A DNA stretch of 64,000 nt from Amoebidium appalachense (Eukaryota > Protista > Ichthyosporea), in the NCBI GenBank assembly GCA_963693365.1, contig CAVNZM010000003.1, positions 965,506 to 1,029,505 on the forward strand, read 5' to 3'. The notes under the pieces were generated by a model, which saw nothing but the letters and a program-made list of their open reading frames with translations, had not been told where the DNA came from and made no database searches. Shown in pieces: positions 1 through 9,053 of the stretch (within the stretch, counting starts at the first letter, position 1; each line of letters opens with the position of its first letter). The position numbers were made by a program, and so were the translations under genes.

Positions 1-2
1 CG

Positions 3-137
3 CGCGACAAGGGCACGCGCGCACAGACCCAGAAGGAAAAGGAAAAACGAAAGGCTCGGCAACTCAAAAAACTGGTGTTTGAACACCAACAGGAGCAAGT
101 GGGTCTGAGGCGCAGCGCAAGGCGTGCACGCCTGTAG
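3..137 (+). CDS. 3' end of an upstream ORF entering the window (basic, charged tail)
   Basis: Frame 3 is open from the window edge to TAG at 135-137: RDKGTRAQTQKEKEKRKARQLKKLVFEHQQEQVGLRRSARRARL*. Same strand as the downstream cassette genes. Confidence 0.35.
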   Translation, partial: RDKGTRAQTQKEKEKRKARQLKKLVFEHQQEQVGLRRSARRARL

Positions 138-278
138 GGTGTGGCCTCCCATTTCGGAAAAACCACCCGTCTTGAAAAAAAAAAAACAAAGACGCCCCAC
201 CAACCGGCTGCCTTCAAAACTAGCCCAAATGGGTAACTGCCATATCAGGCTAATCGCCCATGTGCGGGCCGCTGGCCC

Positions 279-370
279 TGACCCGACCCGGCCTTTTCCG
301 GGTCGCCCCGACCCGATTCGACCCTGCCGCGACCCGACCCGGCTTGATGCGGTCCGACCCGACCCGGCCC
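279..370. repeat. Cluster of GACCCGACCCGG / CGACCC motifs
   Basis: gacccgacccggcc, cccgacccgattcgaccc, gacccgacccggc and cgacccgacccggccc, plus one inverted gggtcg, lie directly upstream of the MTase ORF. Confidence 0.8.
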
Positions 371-411
371 GTGGCCTGTGAAATTTTGGCTGCCCACAGG
401 TGCGGATCATC

Positions 412-966
412 ATGGGGCTGGGCAGCTGCTGCGGGGTGTACAAGGCATGTACACAGGACAAGAGGAAGGCCGGAGTGGACACTGACAAGGTGCAGACACC
501 AGCATGGGTGCTGGATGCACTCGAAAAGGAGTTTGGCGCACTCAATGACCCCTGCCCCATCACCTGGCGGGAGGGGGAGGACCCTTGCGCACTCACAGAC
601 GACGACGTGTGGTCCACCGAGAAAATAAACTATGTCAACCCTCCCTTCTCTGAGATTCCCCCATTTTTACGCATGGCCATACGGATGTACATATCCAAGG
701 GTAGAAAGAGCGTGCTGCTCGTGCCTGCACGCACGGAGGCACGCTGGTTCCATGACCTGGCGTTCAGGTACGCCGCAGAGATACGCATCCTGAGGGGTAG
801 GATCAAGTTTGAGGGGTTCAAGAGGTCATCCCCAGAGGGCGTGTGCCTGCTTTTGTTCACAGAGCCTCAGCCTGTCGGTGGCCCGCGTGTAGTGCACGTG
901 TCGTGGATGCCTGAGGCATACCCGCGCAGCTCAAAGGCAGGGGCCGTGTTGGGGCTGGATTTCTAG
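412..966 (+). CDS. Phage Dam-family DNA N6-adenine methyltransferase (~184 aa)
   Basis: Motif order typical of the phage N6-adenine MTase family: D-x2-QTP, EFG..DPC, W....YVNPPFS (NPPF/Y catalytic motif IV), VLLVPART...WFH, EIRILRGRIKF. First ATG at 412 (the ORF track starts at GTG 400). Confidence 0.9.
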   Translation: MGLGSCCGVYKACTQDKRKAGVDTDKVQTPAWVLDALEKEFGALNDPCPITWREGEDPCALTDDDVWSTEKINYVNPPFSEIPPFLRMAIRMYISKGRKSVLLVPARTEARWFHDLAFRYAAEIRILRGRIKFEGFKRSSPEGVCLLLFTEPQPVGGPRVVHVSWMPEAYPRSSKAGAVLGLDF

Positions 967-1037
967 CTTAAGATCTACTTAGTGTAGGGTCTAGATCATA
1001 AAAATGTGTGTTAGAGTGTATGTAGTGCGTGCACACC

Positions 1038-1301
1038 ATGGCCAACACCTACCAAATCGTGCTGAACGACCAGTTTCAGCCCCTCACTGCGCGTACGTCA
1101 AACGCCACGCACACAGACTTTAGCTACTATGGCCAGCAGGCGATGGCACAGGCCGTTGCGGACAAGATATGCCCGCACGGTACCCGCCACCCCTTCTTCC
1201 TCAAACCAAGCACCATGGCAGGGTCTGCAGCAGGCCGATTTGCTCGCCCCAGACCCACCTTTGCGGCACTCAGGCGTGCACATGGCAGGCCCATGCACTG
1301 A
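1038..1301 (+). CDS. Small hypothetical protein (87 aa)
   Basis: ACCATGG start context. Non-repetitive ORF filling the gap between the MTase and the next gene, with AATAAA-like signals after the stop. Confidence 0.5.
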   Translation: MANTYQIVLNDQFQPLTARTSNATHTDFSYYGQQAMAQAVADKICPHGTRHPFFLKPSTMAGSAAGRFARPRPTFAALRRAHGRPMH

Positions 1302-1399
1302 CCGTTAGTGTACGTAGTAGGCCATGGCCAAGCGGGCAATTGGCAACCAATAATAAAAAATATTGTGCATGCATAAGTAAACGTGCAAGTCACGTCACC

Positions 1400-1984
1400 A
1401 TGGGGGTGTCATCGCAAGGCAGGAGCGGCAACACGCGTGTCATCTACGTGCAGAACCGGCCAAACAAGGCCTCAGAGGTAGCCAAGTGGGTGGGGGCCCT
1501 GGCGGGCGGTGCTGCCTTGGGGGCAGGGGGGTACTATGCATGGAAGCACAAGGGGGACATTGCGAGGGGGGTGGGCAACTACATGTACAACAAGGCTGCG
1601 GATGCTGCCACCTACACTGCAGGGAAGGCGGGGGAGGCGGGGGGGACGGTGTTCAAGGGCCTCAAGGGGGTTGCCCGTGCCACAGGCGATGCTGCCATGC
1701 AGGGCACGCAACGTGCAGGGCAGGGCGCGCAGAATGGTGCATTCAGTGCGTGGAAGACCCTGAGGAATGGCACGAGGGATGTGGGCAACTACCTGCTGCA
1801 CAACACCCAGAATGCGTTGGGATTTGGGCCGTCCATCTCAAACACTGCAGGCACGCGCGCGGGAAACAGCTATGAGTGGAGAGGGGGCGGAGGGGGCGGC
1901 ACACAGGTGCTGGTGGGCGGCAAGCCCTACGTCTGGCCGCCTACCAAACCTCCGAACGTCTCCGGCCGCGGCATCCCTAATTGA
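1400..1984 (+). CDS. Gly/Ala-rich basic protein with a hydrophobic segment; possible virion or membrane-active protein (194 aa)
   Basis: ACCATGG start at 1400, in frame with ORF 1169-1984. MG N-terminus, WVGALAGGAALGAGGYYAW hydrophobic stretch, then amphipathic Gly/Ala/Lys repeats. GC-rich third codon positions. Confidence 0.7.
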   Translation: MGVSSQGRSGNTRVIYVQNRPNKASEVAKWVGALAGGAALGAGGYYAWKHKGDIARGVGNYMYNKAADAATYTAGKAGEAGGTVFKGLKGVARATGDAAMQGTQRAGQGAQNGAFSAWKTLRNGTRDVGNYLLHNTQNALGFGPSISNTAGTRAGNSYEWRGGGGGGTQVLVGGKPYVWPPTKPPNVSGRGIPN

Positions 1985-2235
1985 GAAAAACCATATTTGG
2001 TAAGTTGGAGCAAAACAGTGCGAGAGGGTGTTCTGATTGGTGGATCTCCTGCGTTCCTATTGGATAGCTTTTCGCGAAGAATTTGAAAAGAGTCACCTTC
2101 CTGTGCAAAGTCTGGAGCCAACTGCAGCATGCGTGACCGAAGGGCACAAAGAGGCGCCCGTGGGCGATGTTTTTTTCCCAAAACTCTAACCCACTCTAGC
2201 CTACTTTCTTGCAAACAGCAAACTTCTTGAAAAAA

Positions 2236-3282
2236 ATGGAAGACTTTGACTACTACCCTCCTACCCTAGCACCCCTTACTAGCAATCCTGCAGCCACTGC
2301 CGCCGCTGCTTCTGCTCTTGCCGCCCCTGGTCGCCCTATTTCACCTCTGCCAGACCTGGAAATAGATCTTCCCACGGACCGCCGCACCTTTACCTGGGCG
2401 GGTGACGAGGGCGCCTCTGCTGTGGTTTCCTGCTACAACATCCTGCTGGATGGCTACCTTGCGGGTCTCTATGCATCTCTCATCCCCAGGCAGCGTGCCT
2501 CTGAGAGGTTTGGCGACTTCACGCTGGGCTACAATGCAGGGGGGTGTGCGTTCTACCGGCTGCACTCCATGTGCCCGGGCAGCCCTTGCAAGATGTGGTT
2601 TTTTGAGATGCTGCTGTGCTGCCTCTTCACACCACAGCAGGTGCTCGAGCACTCTACCAACGTATCCCTGTTGGTTTGCGCGTGCACCAATGTGCTCATG
2701 CTTGAGGGGGTGGCTGAGTCTGCGGCAAGGACCCTCCTGCAAGAGTTCCCCACCTATGACCATGCCTACAAGCATGAGCAGGAGCTGAATGACTGGGTGT
2801 GGGTGCGCGATGATCTGCGTCGGCTGCTGCGTCGGCTGGAGAGTGCCTGGGACGACATCGCCAAGGTCATCAACCGGTCTGAGCATCCTCGGCTCTCTCA
2901 GCGTGAGAGTGAAGATGTGGCCAGGTGCCTGGGTGTGGTTGTGGCGTGCTTCCTGCTGACCATGATGGTCACTGTAAGAGCAACACTGTCCAAGTCTGCC
3001 CCCTTCTTCAGCGAGTCTGCCCTGTTTGTCCTGCAGCAGATGCAGGCCCTTCTCAAGGGGTTTGCTGGTGACAGCGAGACTGAGAGAGCCAAGATCATGT
3101 TTGCTGCGAGGATCTCAAAGGCCATCAAGCTGAAGCACAAGTCTCCCTATAGGGCAACCAAAACCATTAAACCCAAGACCCCACAGGGCAAGGAAAACGT
3201 TGCCCCCCTCAGCAGCAGCAGCAACATGGGTGGTGCCCCCTACCGTTTGCCAAGTGGACGCCGTGGCAACAACAACTACTAG
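2236..3282 (+). CDS. Hypothetical protein (348 aa), mostly helical with a basic C-terminal tail
   Basis: Long intronless non-repetitive ORF with codon bias like its neighbours. AAAATGG start at 2236. No family motif recognised. Confidence 0.75.
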   Translation: MEDFDYYPPTLAPLTSNPAATAAAASALAAPGRPISPLPDLEIDLPTDRRTFTWAGDEGASAVVSCYNILLDGYLAGLYASLIPRQRASERFGDFTLGYNAGGCAFYRLHSMCPGSPCKMWFFEMLLCCLFTPQQVLEHSTNVSLLVCACTNVLMLEGVAESAARTLLQEFPTYDHAYKHEQELNDWVWVRDDLRRLLRRLESAWDDIAKVINRSEHPRLSQRESEDVARCLGVVVACFLLTMMVTVRATLSKSAPFFSESALFVLQQMQALLKGFAGDSETERAKIMFAARISKAIKLKHKSPYRATKTIKPKTPQGKENVAPLSSSSNMGGAPYRLPSGRRGNNNY

Positions 3283-3566
3283 GCAACCATAGTGGTTAGG
3301 CTAGGCACTCTTTAGTGATCATGATGATGATGCATATGGTGGACTGTGCCCACTATTTTTACGTTTTCTTTTCCCTCTCAGCTTGAACTTATAAGTATAG
3401 ACACTCTGGTTGTGAATATATTGGGTATAAACCCTATATTTCTACGTTTTTTTCGTTTTTTTACAAGACAACCGACGGCAAAAATAAACTTTTTATCTTT
3501 TACGAAAGATCCAAAAAAACAGAATTCAAGTTGAAGACTACTATGGTGCAATGCACACGTGTGCCT

Positions 3567-3569
<3 letters not shown>

Positions 3570-3654
<85 letters not shown>

Positions 3655-3775
3655 CAAAAGACTAACGAAAATCTATGAAGATTTTAACGAAGAAATAAAA
3701 AATAAAAATAAAAATAAAAACCAAAGGCAACCAACAATCACCCTACCACACCCTTCTACGTGTGCATGCATGCGT

Positions 3776-3835
<60 letters not shown>

Positions 3836-3846
3836 ATGTGTGTGTG

Positions 3847-3885
<39 letters not shown>
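3570..3885. repeat. Two (TG)n microsatellites between convergent cassette genes
   Basis: TG runs at ~3570-3653 and ~3780-3885. Confidence 0.95.
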
Positions 3886-3886
<1 letters not shown>

Positions 3887-3887
3887 T

Positions 3888-4862
3888 CTAAATGTTGCTG
3901 TTTGGCCCGTGGGGTGGCTCTGCCACAACCACTTGGTAGACCTTCGCGGTCTCCGATGTTTCGGGCCTCATCCGTTTGTTGTCACGTTCCGTGACAACGA
4001 GGCTGAACAGTTTGGACTTGATGCCCTCGTTAAGGGCCGTCAGAATGTCCCGTGCCGTTTCCTCCACCCACAGGCGATCCATCACCTCGAACAGGAAGTT
4101 GTGCACAAGTCGTTGCAGGTTATCCCGCAGCCCTCGTTCCTTGTGCATTATGCGGGGGTGGCAGTTTGGGGGTGAGACCATCCAATCGACCGTGATAAAC
4201 TCGACGTACTTCTTCGACTCCGACCACGTCGTGTCGACAAACGTGATGAATCGCCTAACGTCGTTAATGTTATCGTCGTCGAAAACTCTCGGGGACACCG
4301 AGTCCAGGAAACCACCCACACGGCCTTCGTACACGTACAACCCCCATGCATCCCCCTCGGCCCACTTCACTAGTTCCCCCAAGTCTCTCTTGAACCGTGT
4401 CTCGTGCCCATCCTCATAGTTGGGTGCGGTGATAGTGAACGTCCATTCCCCCTGCTCGTTGATTTCCCCCTTAAAAATGTCCGTGCCTAACACTTGGTTG
4501 AGACGTCCTGGTAGGGCCTTCTTTTCCTCCATCGACCACGTGCCTGTGTGTGTGTTCACCTTGGTAATTGCACGTTCCCGCTCCATCACTTCGTCCTCGA
4601 AAAACTGCCATACTTCCACCCTCTCCATGCTCGTCTTGGCCCAGTCGGCAATCATCTCCCTATAGGTGGGTGAAACGGGGCGTGTGACCCACTCTTTAGT
4701 ACGGTGATTGTAGTACCTGTAGGTACCGTTGAAAATGTGCAGGTGGGGTTGGGCTGCCACGTCGAGATAGTGGCCAAACATGTGTTGGTTGGTTGCTTTT
4801 CTTATGAAGGGGGGACCAAGTTCGAGGTCGTCCTCTGAGGAATCAATACGATGAGAAGACAT
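3888..4862 (-). CDS. Hypothetical protein (324 aa)
   Basis: Intronless complex-sequence ORF rich in W/F/E, with an AT-rich upstream region. No family recognised. Confidence 0.75.
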   Translation of the reverse strand: MSSHRIDSSEDDLELGPPFIRKATNQHMFGHYLDVAAQPHLHIFNGTYRYYNHRTKEWVTRPVSPTYREMIADWAKTSMERVEVWQFFEDEVMERERAITKVNTHTGTWSMEEKKALPGRLNQVLGTDIFKGEINEQGEWTFTITAPNYEDGHETRFKRDLGELVKWAEGDAWGLYVYEGRVGGFLDSVSPRVFDDDNINDVRRFITFVDTTWSESKKYVEFITVDWMVSPPNCHPRIMHKERGLRDNLQRLVHNFLFEVMDRLWVEETARDILTALNEGIKSKLFSLVVTERDNKRMRPETSETAKVYQVVVAEPPHGPNSNI

Positions 4863-5248
4863 GTTGTTGTGTGGTGATTGATTGTTCTAAGTCTCACTGA
4901 GTAAAAGGATGGTGTGGTGTCTTTTAAAAGTCTTTATTCTGTGCGAAAAGAGATGATTGTGAAAATGTTTAAGAGTTTTTTCTAAGTTTTTTCTTCACAA
5001 AAAACGAACGAAAACGAGACGAGACTGAGAGAATACGTAATATTACGTAACATTCAATTTCGCTTGATTTCATTGGCTCATAAGTGACGCAAAGTATTTG
5101 GCGCAATCATTTACTCTCTCACTCATGTACGTACCAAGTCAACTCAGTCGCGGCGGCACACAGTGTTTTTTTTTTTTTTTTGGGAAGAAGTTTATTTCGT
5201 GGCATCACCCGGAGGTAAAGAGATTCTGAATAAACAGACATGTGCCTA

Positions 5249-6172
5249 TTACATCCTGAGCATTTTGGCCTTGTCCTCCCCAGGCATGGGCGTGCCAGCA
5301 CGCTTAGCCTGCCCCATGTCTACATCACCCCCCTCCCCCTCACTACCCGCACCATCACTGACCAACTCCATCAGACCATCTAAATCAAACACCTGAACCT
5401 TGCGGGCAACGAGCTTGGTACGCACAGTGTTGCTCTTCTTGTTGTAGATGACACTGGTGGCGGCAGCAGACACCCATGCAGTCACCTCACGGCACCTGGC
5501 ACGCTGGGAGTTCATAAACTCCACAAACTCATCCACAGAGGCTGCGTTGTTGCCCAGCTTGAAGAGGCAGGCGTTGCGGCCAGTGGGGTTGGGGAGCTCC
5601 ACCGTCACGTTGAAGTAGGTGTCGCCCAGTCCCCCCTCCATGTCTGCCTTGCTCACAGGCCCGGCCCCCAGCACCTCGTACAGGTTGGGAGAGTGCTTGG
5701 ACCACAGGCTGCTGTTGATCTTGACAGGCACGGTGTCCACGTCAACCCCCTTGAGCATCTCGTGCTCCTTGTGCATCCACAGCACATCCCTGGCCATGCT
5801 GCAGACGTAGGGCCACAGGTCGACGGCGTAGGCCACCTCAAAGGGCTCGGGGTGGCGCTGCGACTTGATCCTGATGGTGGGCTTGGCGTCCCAGGGAGCG
5901 GTGCTGGGGACCAACTCAATCAGCATCTGCCCGTTGATGTTGATGTTGGGCAGGTTGTACACCTGAACCGCTAGCACGTCGTTGGAAGTACTGGTCCATG
6001 GCAGGCCCAAGGTGGCCTTACCCACGCCGTTGAGGAACACATCCCTGTACAGCGGCATCTTGTCCCCCTCACTGTTGTTGGTGTTTTCTTTGCCACTGCT
6101 TGCCGCGGCGATGCTGGTCCTTTTGACGGTGGATAGACCAGCCCTTTGACGTGTCAGTGTTGGCTTGACCAT
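5249..6172 (-). CDS. Candidate T7 gp2.5 / NCLDV-type OB-fold ssDNA-binding protein (307 aa)
   Basis: ATG at 6172. The C-terminal beta pattern REVTAWVSAAATSVIY..VRTKLVARKVQVFD is followed by an acidic, Gly-rich flexible tail, matching the layout of T7-type SSBs. The ORF is secure; the function is inferred. Confidence 0.5.
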   Translation of the reverse strand: MVKPTLTRQRAGLSTVKRTSIAAASSGKENTNNSEGDKMPLYRDVFLNGVGKATLGLPWTSTSNDVLAVQVYNLPNININGQMLIELVPSTAPWDAKPTIRIKSQRHPEPFEVAYAVDLWPYVCSMARDVLWMHKEHEMLKGVDVDTVPVKINSSLWSKHSPNLYEVLGAGPVSKADMEGGLGDTYFNVTVELPNPTGRNACLFKLGNNAASVDEFVEFMNSQRARCREVTAWVSAAATSVIYNKKSNTVRTKLVARKVQVFDLDGLMELVSDGAGSEGEGGDVDMGQAKRAGTPMPGEDKAKMLRM

Positions 6173-6337
6173 TGTGCTGTTGCTTGGGGGGTGTGGTGAA
6201 CGTGACTGTGGCGTGCACCTCAACAGTGACTGTCTGGCTCATGGTTGGTTGGTGTGATGTTGCTGCCGGAGGCTGTTTATGTACACAGGGTGGTGAGGCT
6301 GGTGCATTTTTGGCCAATGAGTTATTTCTGCGATCCT

Positions 6338-6488
6338 ATTGGATAGAATTGGGATGGAATTTGGAGTACACGTTGCTATTGGATAGCTGGCCGGCAAGTG
6401 GCTCTCCAGATGCTAATTTCCCATTGGATGCGCTTTTTCATTGGATAGAATCGGCCCAAGAATCAGGATCCGAATTCCGATTGGATAG
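6338..6488 (-). promoter_or_regulatory. Cluster of extended CCAAT boxes (CTATCCAAT on the minus strand)
   Basis: ATTGGATAG at 6338, 6378, 6440 and 6480, with ATTGGATG at 6423. The same motif is at 2059, upstream of ORF 2236. Confidence 0.7.
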
Positions 6489-6772
6489 AATTCGAAGGCT
6501 TTCAGATTTCCCGCATTCCTTTGTCAGGAACATGAGTGCGCAGCACATGTACGCGTGCACGTACGCGTACACGTGTTCCGCCCTCTCTCTCTCTTTAATT
6601 ATTTAATCATTTAATTGATACCACGTGCTCTGCACGTGTTTTACACACACACACACACACACAGTGTGTGCACGTGCTCCTGTACATATATCCACCCACA
6701 TCTCATATCCCATATCGCGATATGTGTACACAGATATCGCCATATCTCATATCCACATATCCCATATCCTGA

Positions 6773-6815
6773 GGGGGGCGGGACCGTGTGAATGTGACGT
6801 CACTTGTGACGTCAC
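6773..6815. promoter_or_regulatory. GC box plus two tandem CRE/ATF palindromes
   Basis: GGGGCGGG at ~6775-6783. GTGACGTCAC at 6794-6803 and 6806-6815. Confidence 0.6.
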
Positions 6816-6848
6816 CATTCACGGGGTGCCGCGCCCCTCATTGTAGTG

Positions 6849-6942
6849 CCCAGATATCTCGTCCAATAGGACGGCGGCCCGCTCCACGGATCAGCCAATA
6901 GGGTGCGGTCTGTGGGATAAAAATAGCGCATGCCCTGGCTGT
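6849..6942 (+). repeat. Dispersed repeat module A, copy 1
   Basis: Near-identical to ~37026-37119 (ccagatatctcg..ccaatag..acggcggcccgctccacggatcagccaat..gggtgcggtctgtgggataaaaatagcgcatgccctgg). Confidence 0.9.
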
Positions 6943-7735
6943 GGGCCACTGCTGCCTCCGAGAGTGCAAACGCTTCACTGGCCCTGTGGGGAAAGAAAAA
7001 AAAAAGAGGGGGGGGGGGGGGGGGGGAGTCAGTTCGAATGTACTACATGGGGGAAGGGGGGTTCGGGCATTGTGAGCTTCCTGAAAGAAGGTGGAGTTCA
7101 GGTTTCTAAGGGGGGGAAGGGGGGGAGGGGGGGGGGGGGGGGGGTTTCCGGGGGGAGGGGGGGGGGGGGGGGGGGGGGGGATAGATGGCAACCACTTGAA
7201 TAGAAGGTGGGTCTCGAATAAGCTAAAGATGGGGAAAAGAGGAGAAGCTGGGGATATAATTGGATCGCAGTGGGATTGAAAGTGGGGTAAGTTTCTTTTA
7301 TGGCTAACAAGGGGGGGCTCGAAAGCAAAATCGACACGGGTATTTAGAGGATTAAAGAAGTATGTTGAAGTGAAAATGAAAATAGTGGAAATAGCAGGGT
7401 TTCAAATTGATGTGCCGGGGGGTTTAAGGGGGCCCACGGGGGAGGGAGGGGGGGGGGGGGGGGGGGGGGGAGGGTGGCCGGAAGAGGGAGATACAGCTGT
7501 GGGGGAAGAAATGGACATGGGGCAATTCATAGTATCAGTCTGCAATTCCATCTTTCAAATTGAGATTTCGTGTTTCTTGAATTGCTTCGTAAAAGAACTC
7601 TGGAGTGCCATTTTTTTCTTCTTTTTTTTTTTAATATAAAAAAAGTAGGGTCTTTACAAAATATTCCGTTTTGATTGGCTCGTTCATCAACCCGACCACG
7701 TGTTTGGTGGGTGGTGGTGGTGGTGGTGCCCCCCT

Positions 7736-7766
<31 letters not shown>

Positions 7767-7866
7767 ATCTTAGTTTTTTTTAGGGTCACCCGTATATGTC
7801 ACTGTATGTGTGTCTGTGTGTGTGCTGTTACTTCCATGGTGTGTGTGTGTGTGTGTGTGTGTGGGG

Positions 7867-7897
<31 letters not shown>

Positions 7898-8474
7898 AAG
7901 GTGGGGAAGGATATTTTCAGTGGATACGTGGGTTCCCAAGGTGATGCTCACTGTGTCTAAAGTATGATGCTTCACAAAACGTGCTTCATCTATCATGTAG
8001 CATAGCAGCTTATCAGATCAAGATGTCTAAGTGATATATGTGCACAGTCGGATAATGCAGTTTGAAGAGACTCTGATTTGGGCTCTGTCTGTAAGACCCC
8101 AGCCACTTCACTCAACAGAAATCAACTTGTTGTGCGCTTAGTTAATTTGCAGAAAGAAAAAAAGAAAACTTTGAAATCCTGCTCTGAGCAGATATATTCT
8201 GCTTGCCAATGGGTCAAGTTAATTATTTCTTTTTCTGCTGCCGCGGGCTTAACAATTCTCGCGTTCAGCAGAACAATTCTGCTCTTTGACCTAAATATTT
8301 ATTTTTTCTTTTTGCGGATGATTCTGCTCATTTGAATGCAGAGTTCTGCACAAGGCTGAATAATTTTGCTAGTAGAGCATAATAATCATTCTTTTGCTGA
8401 CTAAATATGCCGACTAGTTATGCCTTATGTGCAAATATTCTTGGCCTACCGAGAGAGGAGAGAAAAATATAACG

Positions 8475-8508
<34 letters not shown>

Positions 8509-9017
8509 AGGAGGGGGAAGAAGGGGGGGGAAGGGGGGGGGGGGGGGGGGGGGGGGGGGAGGGGGGGGGGGGCTGTGACTTCTTTGTGATCCCTTTGAAC
8601 AAAAAATCACAGGCAACGAATAATGATATACAGCATAAAAGGGGGGAAAAAAACGGTTCGCTTGCCATGGTAGACGAAAGGAGTCACTGTGTGCCACGTG
8701 CGTGCAACTGGTTCCATAGACCAGTGTGCGATTTATGATGCGTGCGCGGCATGTGCCCAAATTCTCGCAAAAAGGCACAGTTTTTGTGTGTGTGAGTGTG
8801 TAATATGAATTTGTATTTATTTTAATAGCTTGGGCCCCTATGTACGTGTACAGTGTGCCGGGGTGCGTGTTCGTGGGTGTGTGTCTGTGTTTAACGTGCT
8901 GTGTGTATGTATGCGTGTGTGAGTGTGCGGGTGCGTGCGTTTGCGCGTGTGCTTGTTCTGTGTGTGTATTTGTGTGTTTGTGTGTTTTCTTTCTTTCTTT
9001 CTTTTTTTTTTGAGAGA

Positions 9018-9053
<36 letters not shown>

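Larger units (their letters stand above)
1..6848. mobile_element. End of a putative endogenous DNA virus / Polinton-like element (gene-dense, intronless cassette)
   Basis: Six closely spaced intronless ORFs, whereas the host genes in the window are intron-rich. Includes a phage-type Dam MTase, an SSB-like ORF and shared promoter motifs. At 6849 the sequence switches abruptly into a dispersed host repeat also seen at 37026. No hallmark capsid, pPolB or integrase gene is in the window, so the class is inferred. Confidence 0.6.

Noticed and set aside
124-628. ORFs 124-381 and 260-628
   Set aside because: They derive from the GACCC repeat cluster and overlap the MTase in other frames.
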